Positions 1 to 9,180 of a stretch of DNA of 64,000 nt are shown piece after piece. The DNA is from Candidatus Falkowbacteria bacterium (GTDB lineage Bacteria; Patescibacteriota; Patescibacteriia; Patescibacteriales; WJLG01): assembly GCA_963747695.1 (NCBI GenBank), contig CAVVFV010000010.1, positions 261,618 to 325,617 on the forward strand, written 5' to 3'. The notes below the pieces were generated by a model. That model did not search any database, was not told the DNA's origin, and saw only the letters and a program-made list of their open reading frames with translations. Made by a program: the position numbers and the translations under genes. Positions within the stretch are counted from its first letter, which is position 1; the number at the start of each line of letters is the position of its first letter.

Positions 1-1884
1 CTCAAATACCACGCCTGGGAAGCCGAGGAAGTTTTCAACGGCTGCCCGGTCAAAGAAGGCGCCAAGATCCATCTCTTTTACCGAGCCATGTCCAACCGGC
101 GTAATATTTTCGGCGTCGAGATGAATGTTTCCTCGATCGGCCATGCCGTCGGCAAGTTTCAACGGCCTTTCATCTGCCGCGAACAGTTCATCAAGCCGGG
201 CGACGATTTTGATAAATATGGCTGCGAAGATCCGCGCGTGACCAAGATCGACGGCAAATATTATATTTTCTATACGGCCTTGTCCCGCTATCCTTTTACC
301 GCCGACGGCATCAAAGTCGGCGTTGGCGTCACCCGAGATTTCAAAACCGTGGAAAAACACCAGGTTACCACTTTCAATTCCAAAGCGATGGCCCTTTTCC
401 CGGAAAAAATCAACGGTAAATTTGTTGCCATCCTGACCGCCAACACCGATCAGCCGCCGGCCAAGATCGCCTTGGCTTATTTTGACGAGGAAAAGGAGAT
501 CTGGTCCAAACGATATTGGAATGACTGGTATAAGAATGTCGATAAATATAAATTGAATTTCAACCAACCGCCCGAAGATCATATTGAAATGGGCGCCGCG
601 CCGATTCGCGTCAAGGAAGGCTGGCTCCTGATTTATTCCCATATCCGCAATTATTTCCGCGGCAATCCGACTTTTGAAATCAGAGCGGTATTGCTTGATG
701 CCAAAAATCCGACCAAGATAATCGGCCGAACGGAAAACGCGCTGCTCGTCCCGGAAGAACCATATGAAATTTACGGCAAGGTGCCGAGGATAGTTTTTCC
801 TTCCGGCGCCTATGTTGACGGCGAAAATCTCCATATCTATTACGGCGCCGCCGATACTGTTTGCTGCGCGGCGAGATTTTTGCTCCGCGACGTGATCAAA
901 GACGTCCTCTCCACGCCGGAAACCGAATTTTCATTCAAGCGTTACGAAAAGAATCCGATCATCAAACCGAACCCTAAACATCCCTGGGAGGCAAAAGCAA
1001 CTTTTAACGCCGGCGCGATATATGAGGGAGGGAAAGTTCATATCCTTTATCGCGCCATGTCAAATGACAATACTTCCGTCCTGGGATATGCCTCTACGAG
1101 GGACGGCTTTACGATTGACGAACGCCTGCCCGAACCGGTCTATGTGCCGCGGGAAGATTTTGAAAAAAAAGGCGTGCCGGGTGGAAATTCCGGCTGCGAA
1201 GATCCCCGCCTGATCAAATTCGGCGATCGCATCTATATGCTTTACACCGCTTTCAACGGCACTATTCCTCCCGGAATAGCGATGACTTCGATTTCCCGCG
1301 ATGATTTTATGGCAAAACGCTGGAACTGGGAAAAGCCGGTGCTGATCTCCAGCCAAGGCAAAGATAATAAGGACGCTGTTCTTATTCCGGAAAAAATCAA
1401 AGGCAAATATTATATGCTGCATCGCCTTAACAACGGCATTGATATCCATAGCCGGGCCGATCTCAATTTCCAGCCGAATGAATTGAGCGAGGAAACCGGC
1501 TGGGCTGAACCCCGGGCCGGCAAGTGGGACAGCTGCAAAATCGGCATTAACGGCGTCCCGATCAAAACCAAATACGGCTGGCTAGCTCTCTATCACGGCG
1601 TTTCCGCCGAGGATGGATCCTATCGTTTCGGCGCCCTGCTTTTGGATCTGGAGAATCCCGAGGAAATAATCGCCCGCACCGAGAATCATATTTTTGAACC
1701 CCTAAAGGATTATGAAAAGAGCGGTCAAGTCCATAACGTGGTTTTTTCCTGCGGTTCGGTCTTAAGAGACGATACGATCTTCATCTACTACGGCGGCGGC
1801 GATACGACTTTGAACGTCGCGACGGTTTCGCTGAAAAAATTATTGGCCGAGATCTGCACCAATTGTTACGGTTGCGACTGGTAA
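1..1884 (+). CDS. Tandem-domain glycoside hydrolase family 130-like glycosidase/phosphorylase (5' end runs off the window)
   Basis: ORF 88..1884 stays open in frame back to base 1. It has two ~300-aa repeats, each with CEDPR(V/L) and Y(I/M)xYTA motifs. Translated bases 1-87 (HAWEAEEVFNG..IHLFYRAMS) parallel the start of repeat 2 (HPWEAKATFNAG..VHILYRAMS). Confidence 0.7.
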   Translation, partial: LKYHAWEAEEVFNGCPVKEGAKIHLFYRAMSNRRNIFGVEMNVSSIGHAVGKFQRPFICREQFIKPGDDFDKYGCEDPRVTKIDGKYYIFYTALSRYPFTADGIKVGVGVTRDFKTVEKHQVTTFNSKAMALFPEKINGKFVAILTANTDQPPAKIALAYFDEEKEIWSKRYWNDWYKNVDKYKLNFNQPPEDHIEMGAAPIRVKEGWLLIYSHIRNYFRGNPTFEIRAVLLDAKNPTKIIGRTENALLVPEEPYEIYGKVPRIVFPSGAYVDGENLHIYYGAADTVCCAARFLLRDVIKDVLSTPETEFSFKRYEKNPIIKPNPKHPWEAKATFNAGAIYEGGKVHILYRAMSNDNTSVLGYASTRDGFTIDERLPEPVYVPREDFEKKGVPGGNSGCEDPRLIKFGDRIYMLYTAFNGTIPPGIAMTSISRDDFMAKRWNWEKPVLISSQGKDNKDAVLIPEKIKGKYYMLHRLNNGIDIHSRADLNFQPNELSEETGWAEPRAGKWDSCKIGINGVPIKTKYGWLALYHGVSAEDGSYRFGALLLDLENPEEIIARTENHIFEPLKDYEKSGQVHNVVFSCGSVLRDDTIFIYYGGGDTTLNVATVSLKKLLAEICTNCYGCDW

Positions 1885-1909
1885 TCGCGAGTGCCATATC
1901 AATTAATCT

Positions 1910-1935
1910 AAAAGGCGCTACAAGCGCCTTTTTTG
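1910..1935. terminator. Bidirectional intrinsic terminator between convergent genes
   Basis: Hairpin AGGCGCT-ACA-AGCGCCT flanked by an A-tract and a T-tract. Confidence 0.6.
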
Positions 1936-1959
1936 TTAGCTTATTTATTCTGCGAAAAT

Positions 1960-2514
1960 TCAAAACACCTGCGCCGTAAAAATTTCCAATTTGACCTCCG
2001 GGTCATTCTTGTAACAATCCGGCGGCAAGCCGGCCTTCTGATCACAAAGCTGAGCGAGAAATTCCTCCAAATCCCAGCCGGTCTCCGCGGCCACTTGCGG
2101 CAGGAAAACACCTGTATTACGGCCGCGGGAAACGATGACGCCGTGCTCTCCTAATTTTATTTCCCGCCAATTTTTGATGGCGCGCGGTTCGGACAAAACG
2201 CTGATCTCATAATCGAGCTCTGGTAATTCTGCGACAGCGACCGGTTCAAAGCGGGTATCTTCGGTCGCGGCGGCGATCGCCATCTCGCGCACATTTTCCC
2301 AAAGCGGCCGACCAGTCGAGACAATCAAACCGATACACCCGCGTAACTCACCTTTTTTATTAATCGTCACAAATACTCCTTCGGGCCTCATCAATCGTTT
2401 ATCGGTTACTTTAAATTCGGCAATTTTTTCTTCCCTGACAAAATTCTCAACCGCCGTCTTGGCGATATTTATTAATTCCTTCCGCTGTTCCTGGTTTAAA
2501 ATATTTTTTTCCAT
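1960..2514 (-). CDS. amrA: AMMECR1-domain protein (AmmeMemoRadiSam system protein A)
   Basis: LRGCIG, DTRF.P, GEHG and FLPQV motifs. Adjacent to the MEMO-like and radical SAM partners. Confidence 0.85.
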   Translation of the reverse strand: MEKNILNQEQRKELINIAKTAVENFVREEKIAEFKVTDKRLMRPEGVFVTINKKGELRGCIGLIVSTGRPLWENVREMAIAAATEDTRFEPVAVAELPELDYEISVLSEPRAIKNWREIKLGEHGVIVSRGRNTGVFLPQVAAETGWDLEEFLAQLCDQKAGLPPDCYKNDPEVKLEIFTAQVF

Positions 2515-2529
2515 AAAATTTTTAACTTT

Positions 2530-3390
2530 TCATTTTTCATTTTTAATTGAGAAAATGACGGCGCCATATCCGACCACCGAGTCTTTGCCGCCGATCGCCA
2601 CGTCGCCACTGTTGGCATAATGCAGAATTTTCGCCTGCCAATTAAGTTTTTCCGCCAGGCTCATCCCCGTTTTGACCGCCTCCAAGCCGCACAGCAAAGT
2701 CTCTTCGCCCGGCACTCCCGCTTCCATCGTGGCCGAAACATATTCATCAAGTTCGCCAATCCGCCCCCGCTTGATCAACTTCAAAGTTTGCTGATCGATC
2801 CGTTTGGCATCCTGATAAGCCGGATAATGCGACATATCGGAGCTGATCACCAGCAAGTCTTCATCGGTCAGCGCCGTTTCCAAAGCCGCGGCCAGCTGCC
2901 GGTAATTCTTATTCTCCATATTTCCCAAAGCGATCGGCACAATCTTGAATCCCGGCTCCAAGACGGTTTGCAGCCAGGGCAATTGAACCTCGATCATATG
3001 GTCTTCGGCCTGGACCGAACCTGATGATTTGATCTTTCTTTCCGCGGCTAGCAATTTTTGGGAAAATTCCCGATCAACCAAAACAAGACCGAGCGGCGTT
3101 TGCCACGCTTCATGGTCATCGATCACCGAGCCGTCAAAATACGATGTATGCGAACTGCCGATCAAAACGACTGTTTTAAAATTCCGGCCGGCAATCGCCG
3201 CATAAGCATAAGCCGCCACCGGGCCGCTATAATCATAACCGGCGTGCGGTACCATGATGGCGCGGATTTTTTCATCGCTCTTGGATAATTTTACTTGCGC
3301 CAAATCTTTTTTTATCATCCGCGATAATACTTCGGGATCGGCCGGATAAAAACTTCCGGCGACCGCCGGCGGCCTGATTGGATTTTCCAT
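2530..3390 (-). CDS. amrB: MEMO1-family protein (AmmeMemoRadiSam system protein B)
   Basis: PAVAGSFYP and PHAGYDYSG motifs typical of the MEMO family, in the expected three-gene context. Confidence 0.85.
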   Translation of the reverse strand: MENPIRPPAVAGSFYPADPEVLSRMIKKDLAQVKLSKSDEKIRAIMVPHAGYDYSGPVAAYAYAAIAGRNFKTVVLIGSSHTSYFDGSVIDDHEAWQTPLGLVLVDREFSQKLLAAERKIKSSGSVQAEDHMIEVQLPWLQTVLEPGFKIVPIALGNMENKNYRQLAAALETALTDEDLLVISSDMSHYPAYQDAKRIDQQTLKLIKRGRIGELDEYVSATMEAGVPGEETLLCGLEAVKTGMSLAEKLNWQAKILHYANSGDVAIGGKDSVVGYGAVIFSIKNEK

Positions 3391-3436
3391 ATTTTTTACT
3401 TTTTACATACTTGTCCCGCCGCAGCGGGATTACTTT

Positions 3437-4438
3437 TTACTTCAATATTGTTTCACCGCATTTGGGACATTTACCATTCTTATCAAATCGTCTAACTTGA
3501 TAGTAGATCCGTTCAATCGCCAGCTCGCCACAATTGGGGCAATAGGTATTATCCTGATAGCCGGACGCGTAGACAAATTTCAACCCGGCGTCTTTGCCGA
3601 TTTGCCAGGCCTTGGCTAAAATATCGCGGCTGGTTTCCGGCAGCTGTTTTAAATTCCAGGAAATCTCCGGAGAAAAACGAGATAAGTGCCAAGGAGTATC
3701 TTTACTCAAATTAAGCGCAATGAACGCGGCGATTTCTTTGAACAGACCGAGGTCGTCGGAAAGCGTGGGGATCACCAGCGTGGTTATTTCCAGATGAACG
3801 CCGGCATTGAACAGCGTCCGCAAATTTTCTAAAACCGGCGCGACTTGCGCGTGGCAGACTTTACCGTAAAAATTATCCGTCATTGATTTCAAATCAATAT
3901 TGGCAGCATCCAGATAAGGAATAATGGCGGCCAGACATTCGTCAGTCATAAACCCGTTAGAGACCCAGACATTCTTGATTTTCTTGGCGCGGGCCAATTT
4001 CATAATATCCAGCGCGTATTCGGTGAAAATCGTCGGCTCATTATAAGTATAGGCGATCGATTGGCACTGTGCCCGCTCGGCGCTGGCGATTATTTCTTCG
4101 GGCGAAACGAAAGACAATTTGGTTTTATCCAGCTTGGATTGGGTGATTTCATAATTATGGCAATTGGCGCAGCGGAAGTTGCAGCCCAAAGTTCCCAAAG
4201 AAAAAGCCGTCGAACCGGGCAGAAAATGATAAAGCGGTTTTTTTTCGATCGGATCGATATTCAGCGCGGCCGGCCGGCCGTAAACCAGCGAATATAATTC
4301 GCCGTTGATATTTTTCCGCGCCGTGCAGATCCCCGCGTTGTCCGGCAAGATATGGCAAAAATGATGGCAGAGCCGGCAATCGACGGTCTGATCGCGCGCC
4401 GGCTGATAAAATTTTGCTTGAACAAAATTATTATCCAT
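3437..4438 (-). CDS. amrS: AmmeMemoRadiSam system radical SAM enzyme
   Basis: CNFRCANC (CxxxCxxC) cluster motif, PflA-like fold signature, C-terminal CPNC..CPKC zinc-ribbon-like tail, in the three-gene context. Confidence 0.85.
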   Translation of the reverse strand: MDNNFVQAKFYQPARDQTVDCRLCHHFCHILPDNAGICTARKNINGELYSLVYGRPAALNIDPIEKKPLYHFLPGSTAFSLGTLGCNFRCANCHNYEITQSKLDKTKLSFVSPEEIIASAERAQCQSIAYTYNEPTIFTEYALDIMKLARAKKIKNVWVSNGFMTDECLAAIIPYLDAANIDLKSMTDNFYGKVCHAQVAPVLENLRTLFNAGVHLEITTLVIPTLSDDLGLFKEIAAFIALNLSKDTPWHLSRFSPEISWNLKQLPETSRDILAKAWQIGKDAGLKFVYASGYQDNTYCPNCGELAIERIYYQVRRFDKNGKCPKCGETILK

Positions 4439-4489
4439 TTATTTGAAGTTAGTTACACCTATATTCTATCCGCCTGGTGTTTTATGGTC

Positions 4490-4530
4490 AAATCAAATAA
4501 AAACCCCGCGCGCTAGTGTAGCGGCGGGGC
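4490..4530 (-). terminator. Intrinsic terminator downstream of purQ
   Basis: Minus strand reads CCCCGC-loop-GCGGGG followed by TTTTTATTT. Confidence 0.55.
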
Positions 4531-4551
4531 GGCTAAATTTCTCCTCCTTTC

Positions 4552-5199
4552 TTAAACGGCTTTGATGCCGTTGGCTAAGATTGCTAGGCCGTCTTCATTG
4601 CCGAACGGCCTTTCCGGATGGTCCATTACTCCCATGATGTTTCCCTTGTCGTTGCAAAGGGCGGCGATCGTGCCGCCATTCGGAGAAAACCCATCATAGG
4701 TCATGACCACGTTTTTCTGGCCTTCGCCGACGACCTTACCGCCGCCGTGTGCCGAATAAAATTTGAGAACCATGCCTTCCAGATCTCTGGTCCAGAGGCA
4801 ATTCGATCTCTCGACTTTGTGCAAAACCGGATGGCTGCAGAACGTTCCGCTGTCATTGGTAACGAGCGACAGACCGGAGCCGAATATTTTGGCCCGCATG
4901 CCGATCTGGAAACCGTTACAGATGAATATTCCCGGGATACCCGAGGCCAGAAATTCCGACACGAGATCTTTTACCATACTGGCGGCGATAATCCCGTGAG
5001 AGATGTAATCTCCCCCGGAAAAACCGCCCGGCCACCAGACCAGATCGCAATCGGTTACCCGGACTTTTCCGGTTATCAGATCATTCACCATGACGAGTTT
5101 GGGGATGGCGCCCAGATAACGGCAGGCGGCCATCGATTCCATCTCGCAATTAGTGCCCGGCCAATACCAGATGGCGACTTTTTTCTTGTTACGCGACAT
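4552..5199 (-). CDS. purQ: Phosphoribosylformylglycinamidine synthase, glutaminase subunit
   Basis: Class I amidotransferase with a CNGFQ nucleophile elbow and HPER motif. Overlaps purL by 11 nt. Confidence 0.85.
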   Translation of the reverse strand: MSRNKKKVAIWYWPGTNCEMESMAACRYLGAIPKLVMVNDLITGKVRVTDCDLVWWPGGFSGGDYISHGIIAASMVKDLVSEFLASGIPGIFICNGFQIGMRAKIFGSGLSLVTNDSGTFCSHPVLHKVERSNCLWTRDLEGMVLKFYSAHGGGKVVGEGQKNVVMTYDGFSPNGGTIAALCNDKGNIMGVMDHPERPFGNEDGLAILANGIKAV

Positions 5200-7945
5200 C
5201 TCTCATCACCTCTCTTTCAAAGGTAGTATTCCAGGATTGGAATAAACCTTCATAGTCAAGATATCGACCTTGCACTGAAATGCCCGGCTGGTCGGTAATT
5301 TCGCCGACTAACAAGGCGTCGGCACCGAACAACTTTTCCACTTTCGCAGCCTCCGACTGTTTGACTTCCACCAGCGCTGATCCGAAACTTTCCGGAAACA
5401 GCTCGGGACACAATTGGGTTCTCACGCCCAATCCCGATCCTTCCACTCCTTCGAACAGCCGACGGAAGATTCCGCCGCAATTGATGGGAGCCGCGGAGCA
5501 GAACAAATTTCTGCCGGCTCCCCGCTCAACTTTGTCGAGGAATGGACGCGCGGCTGCGATCCCGATGCTGTCGACGGTCGGACTGAAAATGTCCAGCGCC
5601 GAAGCCAACAGCGATCCGCCCAGCGATTGAGCTTGTCTGCCGATGGCATAAAGGTAATTACCCGGTGATTGCCAGCAATGCAATCTTAATTGCCGAGCGT
5701 CCTTGATTTTGCCCATCGCATAGATTGCCACGCTGATCGGCACATTAATCACGACTCCGCGATGTTCAGCGGAACCGGACGAACTATCCTTGCCGGTGAT
5801 GAACGGTGTCCGCAGTTTTTCAGACAGATCCGAAATACTTTGGACTTGCTCTCTCAAATACCAGTACGCGTAAGGATCCAGGCATGGCGTGTAAAAATTG
5901 TCCGCCAGGCAGATGTCATAGAGATAGACCCCGGCCACTACTTGCGTGACGATCGCATCCAACATGGCGTTGATCGCCGCATTGACCGGATTGGCGTCGA
6001 ATTGCCACGGACTGTAGCTGAAACTGTGCGTCAGCCCGTAATTCTTGCCATAGACCGGCTTTTGCACGGCCAAGGCTGAAGGGATGTTATAATTCTTTCC
6101 CCACAGCGGGCCCTGAAAACTAATGCCTTGGACTGTCGAGTCATACTGCGTTGTCGCCCATTTCTGATTACAAATGTCGAAATGGCCGACCACCTTCTGA
6201 CCCATCTCCTGAACATTGTCCAAAGTGATCGTGGGGAATTTTGCCTCATCCTTGGCCTGGGGCGGAACTATCACTTTGACGTCCGCGGGCAAAGGACAAC
6301 GATCGAAATACTTATACGGCATATCGAAGAGAATTTCACCGGACAGGGGCATAGCGGCAGAATATTTTTTGATCGTCGGATCATCGATAAACTGCAACCG
6401 CCCATTACCGGTGAAGACGCCGATAACCGTCGCTTCCAACCCGTACTTCTTGTAAATCTTCATCGCCAGTTTGAGTTTGGCCGGTATGATGCATTCGGCA
6501 AACCGTTCCTGGCTTTCTCCGCTGACCACGATCTTCTTCGGTAAACCGGCGCACTTCAAGGGTATATGCGCGGTGTTGATCAATACTCCGCCGCGATAGG
6601 ATCCCCAGGCATACTTTACCGGCTCTCCGAGCTCGCCAAAAGCGGAAGGAAAACCAGCCGCGCCGAAATCATTCCCGGCTCGGGCGCATCTTTTGTCCCG
6701 GAGCTCTCTGGTGGCGCGCATCTGCCTTTGCTCAGGCGTCGGATTGCCGATCTGAACGTGACAATTGTCGCCCTCATCAGTATGCTTATCCTGTTTAATG
6801 GAGCTTTCCAAAGCGCCCATAAAACCGTCATTCCCGGTTTTGCCGCCGGAAATTACGGCCAGGTCGCCTTGGCGCGGAACGCCCCGATGGGAGAATTCCT
6901 CTTTGGTCATCCCCACGGTTATTCCCAGCGCAAACGGCTTGCCGGTGAAGCCGGGATGACTGAGCATCCTAGCCAAGAGCATCGGAATGCCCATCGGATT
7001 GCCGTAATCCCGGATCGCCCGCACGGTATCGCGCGCGATAATACAGGCTGACAACACACAATCAGCAATTTCGCCGTACTTCTTCTGGGCGAATTCGCCG
7101 ACCGCCGTCATCTCGATATTGCCGATCGGGATGGCTCCCAGGGCAAACCGCAAGATATCGCGGATTACGCCGCCGATCTTCGTGAGCTGTCCGCCGTAAG
7201 CTTCTTTGCCGGCGGGACTATTGTGAGTTTCTCCCTTCAAGACCGCGACCAACTTCTTGAAGAATTTCCAACCGCCGGCATTGTCGATAAACGCCGATTT
7301 CATATTGCGGTTTTTGATTCTCATGGTCGCGCCTTTGAGGATCTTGAACAACCCGAGTTTTTTCCATTTGGTATGGTTGCAGTGATCAGACCATCTGACC
7401 GCGAAAATATACAGCCAGACGTCGCTGACCCGAGGGATATTTTCTTCCTTCTGGATTTTGACCAGTTCCTCCATTTGCTCCCTGTCCATCGATAACCGAT
7501 AGTTCTTGGAGAGGGCCAGCAATTCATCGGTCGACATACCGGTCAGATCGAAATATTCGATCGGCTGGGCGGATCCTCTGGGCCGCAAGGTGGTCATATC
7601 CGGTTCTTTGTCTTCGAACCAGACTTGCACCATCCGGTTGCAGGTCACACCTTTGGCCGAACCATTGTAATACCGATGAGCGACTTTGGCCGCCAGGACC
7701 TCGACGCCGTATTTACGGCAAGCGCCGCAAATCTCGTCGCTGGCCGGATCGACCACGCCATTGTGATACATCAGATGAAGGAAGTGGCCGTCCGGCATTT
7801 TTTCCACGATCCTTTCGGTATTGGCATCGTGAAAAAGTTCATTCGCCAAAGTGGCAATGTCCGGATCGGGCTGCTCAATCTCCAAATGATACACCTTGTA
7901 AACATCAGTCTCGCCTTTGGGGGCGACAGCAATACTGTAGATCAT
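5189..7945 (-). CDS. purL: Phosphoribosylformylglycinamidine synthase subunit PurL, with ~170-aa N-terminal extension (possible PurS fusion)
   Basis: ETHNSP..GG.IRD motif and duplicated AIR-synthase-like domains. At 918 aa it is longer than typical small PurL proteins. The N-terminal assignment is inference. Confidence 0.8.
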   Translation of the reverse strand: MIYSIAVAPKGETDVYKVYHLEIEQPDPDIATLANELFHDANTERIVEKMPDGHFLHLMYHNGVVDPASDEICGACRKYGVEVLAAKVAHRYYNGSAKGVTCNRMVQVWFEDKEPDMTTLRPRGSAQPIEYFDLTGMSTDELLALSKNYRLSMDREQMEELVKIQKEENIPRVSDVWLYIFAVRWSDHCNHTKWKKLGLFKILKGATMRIKNRNMKSAFIDNAGGWKFFKKLVAVLKGETHNSPAGKEAYGGQLTKIGGVIRDILRFALGAIPIGNIEMTAVGEFAQKKYGEIADCVLSACIIARDTVRAIRDYGNPMGIPMLLARMLSHPGFTGKPFALGITVGMTKEEFSHRGVPRQGDLAVISGGKTGNDGFMGALESSIKQDKHTDEGDNCHVQIGNPTPEQRQMRATRELRDKRCARAGNDFGAAGFPSAFGELGEPVKYAWGSYRGGVLINTAHIPLKCAGLPKKIVVSGESQERFAECIIPAKLKLAMKIYKKYGLEATVIGVFTGNGRLQFIDDPTIKKYSAAMPLSGEILFDMPYKYFDRCPLPADVKVIVPPQAKDEAKFPTITLDNVQEMGQKVVGHFDICNQKWATTQYDSTVQGISFQGPLWGKNYNIPSALAVQKPVYGKNYGLTHSFSYSPWQFDANPVNAAINAMLDAIVTQVVAGVYLYDICLADNFYTPCLDPYAYWYLREQVQSISDLSEKLRTPFITGKDSSSGSAEHRGVVINVPISVAIYAMGKIKDARQLRLHCWQSPGNYLYAIGRQAQSLGGSLLASALDIFSPTVDSIGIAAARPFLDKVERGAGRNLFCSAAPINCGGIFRRLFEGVEGSGLGVRTQLCPELFPESFGSALVEVKQSEAAKVEKLFGADALLVGEITDQPGISVQGRYLDYEGLFQSWNTTFEREVMRDVA

Positions 7946-8014
7946 TTACCTGCTCCTTTCTGAATTTTCAGTTTTTTCGATAAAATTGATACTCCATCCT
8001 TTCTGATAAGATTA

Positions 8015-8701
8015 TTATTTTGCGTCAGTCTTTTGCTCATCGAGAATTTTCATCGCGGCGATATTCACCGCAGTCGGCAGGATTGCCCATTCGTAAGGCA
8101 GGACGTGCTGCTGCAGCCGTTTGGCCGCCTCAGTGATATCGATGGCGCCATTGAGCCGATCAAGAATTATCCGCTGGGGAATTTTCACAAAGGCGCGCAG
8201 CAGCGGTTGGCCGCAATCATAATCAAGCGTGGCCTCATGAACAGTAGGATACGTAAAAAAATCATCTCCCGGCTTTTTCTTTCCCCGGTTGATCAAATCG
8301 ATCACGTTTTCCAAAACCCGCTCGTGGACCTTCAACCCGTACATTTTGTTGCCGCCGAAATCATGCGGATCGGCCGGATGGATGTTCCACATCGCTACTC
8401 CGGGAATCGGATAAATCTTCACGATGCAGCCGAGCAAGAAAAGCAGTTTGATCTGTTCCTCTTGAACATAGCCGGCCAAAAGCGCGTTAAGTCCGGCAAC
8501 GCCGTTTTCCTGGCGGTCGAATATTTTCGTCGTCACCTTCAGTATTCTAGCCTTATCCAGGCCTCCGGCGACGCGATTAGTGCTGATGAGACTCACCAGC
8601 TCAATATTGGGAATAAACCCCGCGACATACTTTTCCATCACCGCATTGGCATCAGTGCCTGATCCGGAAATGACTAACGCCGTCCTAACCTTGCCTTCCA
8701 T
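8015..8701 (-). CDS. purN: Phosphoribosylglycinamide formyltransferase-like protein
   Basis: N-terminal ISGSGT.ANA and NIHPA.P motifs of the formyltransferase fold. First gene of the pur cluster. Confidence 0.7.
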   Translation of the reverse strand: MEGKVRTALVISGSGTDANAVMEKYVAGFIPNIELVSLISTNRVAGGLDKARILKVTTKIFDRQENGVAGLNALLAGYVQEEQIKLLFLLGCIVKIYPIPGVAMWNIHPADPHDFGGNKMYGLKVHERVLENVIDLINRGKKKPGDDFFTYPTVHEATLDYDCGQPLLRAFVKIPQRIILDRLNGAIDITEAAKRLQQHVLPYEWAILPTAVNIAAMKILDEQKTDAK

Positions 8702-8731
8702 ACCGTCTCCTCTCTTTGAATTTAGTGTTTA

Positions 8732-8760
8732 TTTTTATCTTCAAGATTCTCAATTGTCAA
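8732..8760 (-). promoter_or_regulatory. Candidate sigma70-type promoter for purN-purL-purQ
   Basis: Minus strand reads TTGACA, a 17-nt spacer, then TAAAAA. It lies about 30 nt upstream of the GGAG RBS and the purN ATG. Confidence 0.3.
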
Positions 8761-8832
8761 AGGGCCGACATTCAATTTAACCTCTTTTCCGTCCGAAAGT
8801 CAAATCAAAAAACATTAACGATTCACTTGGTC

Positions 8833-8866
8833 AAAAACAAAAAACAGCCCCCAAAATGGGAGCTGT
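8833..8866 (-). terminator. Intrinsic terminator after the small membrane protein gene
   Basis: Minus strand reads ACAGCTCCC-ATTTT-GGGGGCTGT followed by TTTTTTGTTTTT. Confidence 0.6.
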
Positions 8867-8872
8867 TTCGTA

Positions 8873-9130
8873 TTATCTGATGGGGAAATAGATGAGTAAC
8901 CCGAGCGTGCTATGGATCAGGGCCAGAGCAATGGTAGTGTAGGCTAAAAATCGATGCGTAGCGAAAGTGATGATCGGCGGTTTGGCATGGCCGGAAAAAA
9001 CCAGATAGCCGACCGTCGCCGTGCCCAGGAGCGACAATAAAGTTAAGATGCCCAGGTACATAATCAGCGGATAACCGAAGATTGGATAATAAGTGATATT
9101 GAGTAGCATAATCAAAAAAGCTATTGTCAA
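8873..9130 (-). CDS. Small hydrophobic membrane protein (3 predicted TM segments)
   Basis: 85-aa ORF of almost pure hydrophobic helices immediately downstream of the cupredoxin gene. No recognised family. Confidence 0.45.
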   Translation of the reverse strand: MTIAFLIMLLNITYYPIFGYPLIMYLGILTLLSLLGTATVGYLVFSGHAKPPIITFATHRFLAYTTIALALIHSTLGLLIYFPIR

Positions 9131-9180
9131 ATAATTTTTTTGTCGGTCTTATAATCTTTTTTAAAAGAGGCCCCAAACTT

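Noticed and set aside
8702-8872. A purine, ZTP or PRPP-type riboswitch in the leader of purN-purL-purQ.
   Set aside because: I could not recognise the conserved cores of these riboswitch classes in the 170-nt leader. Only promoter-like hexamers were seen. A covariance-model scan would be needed to be sure.
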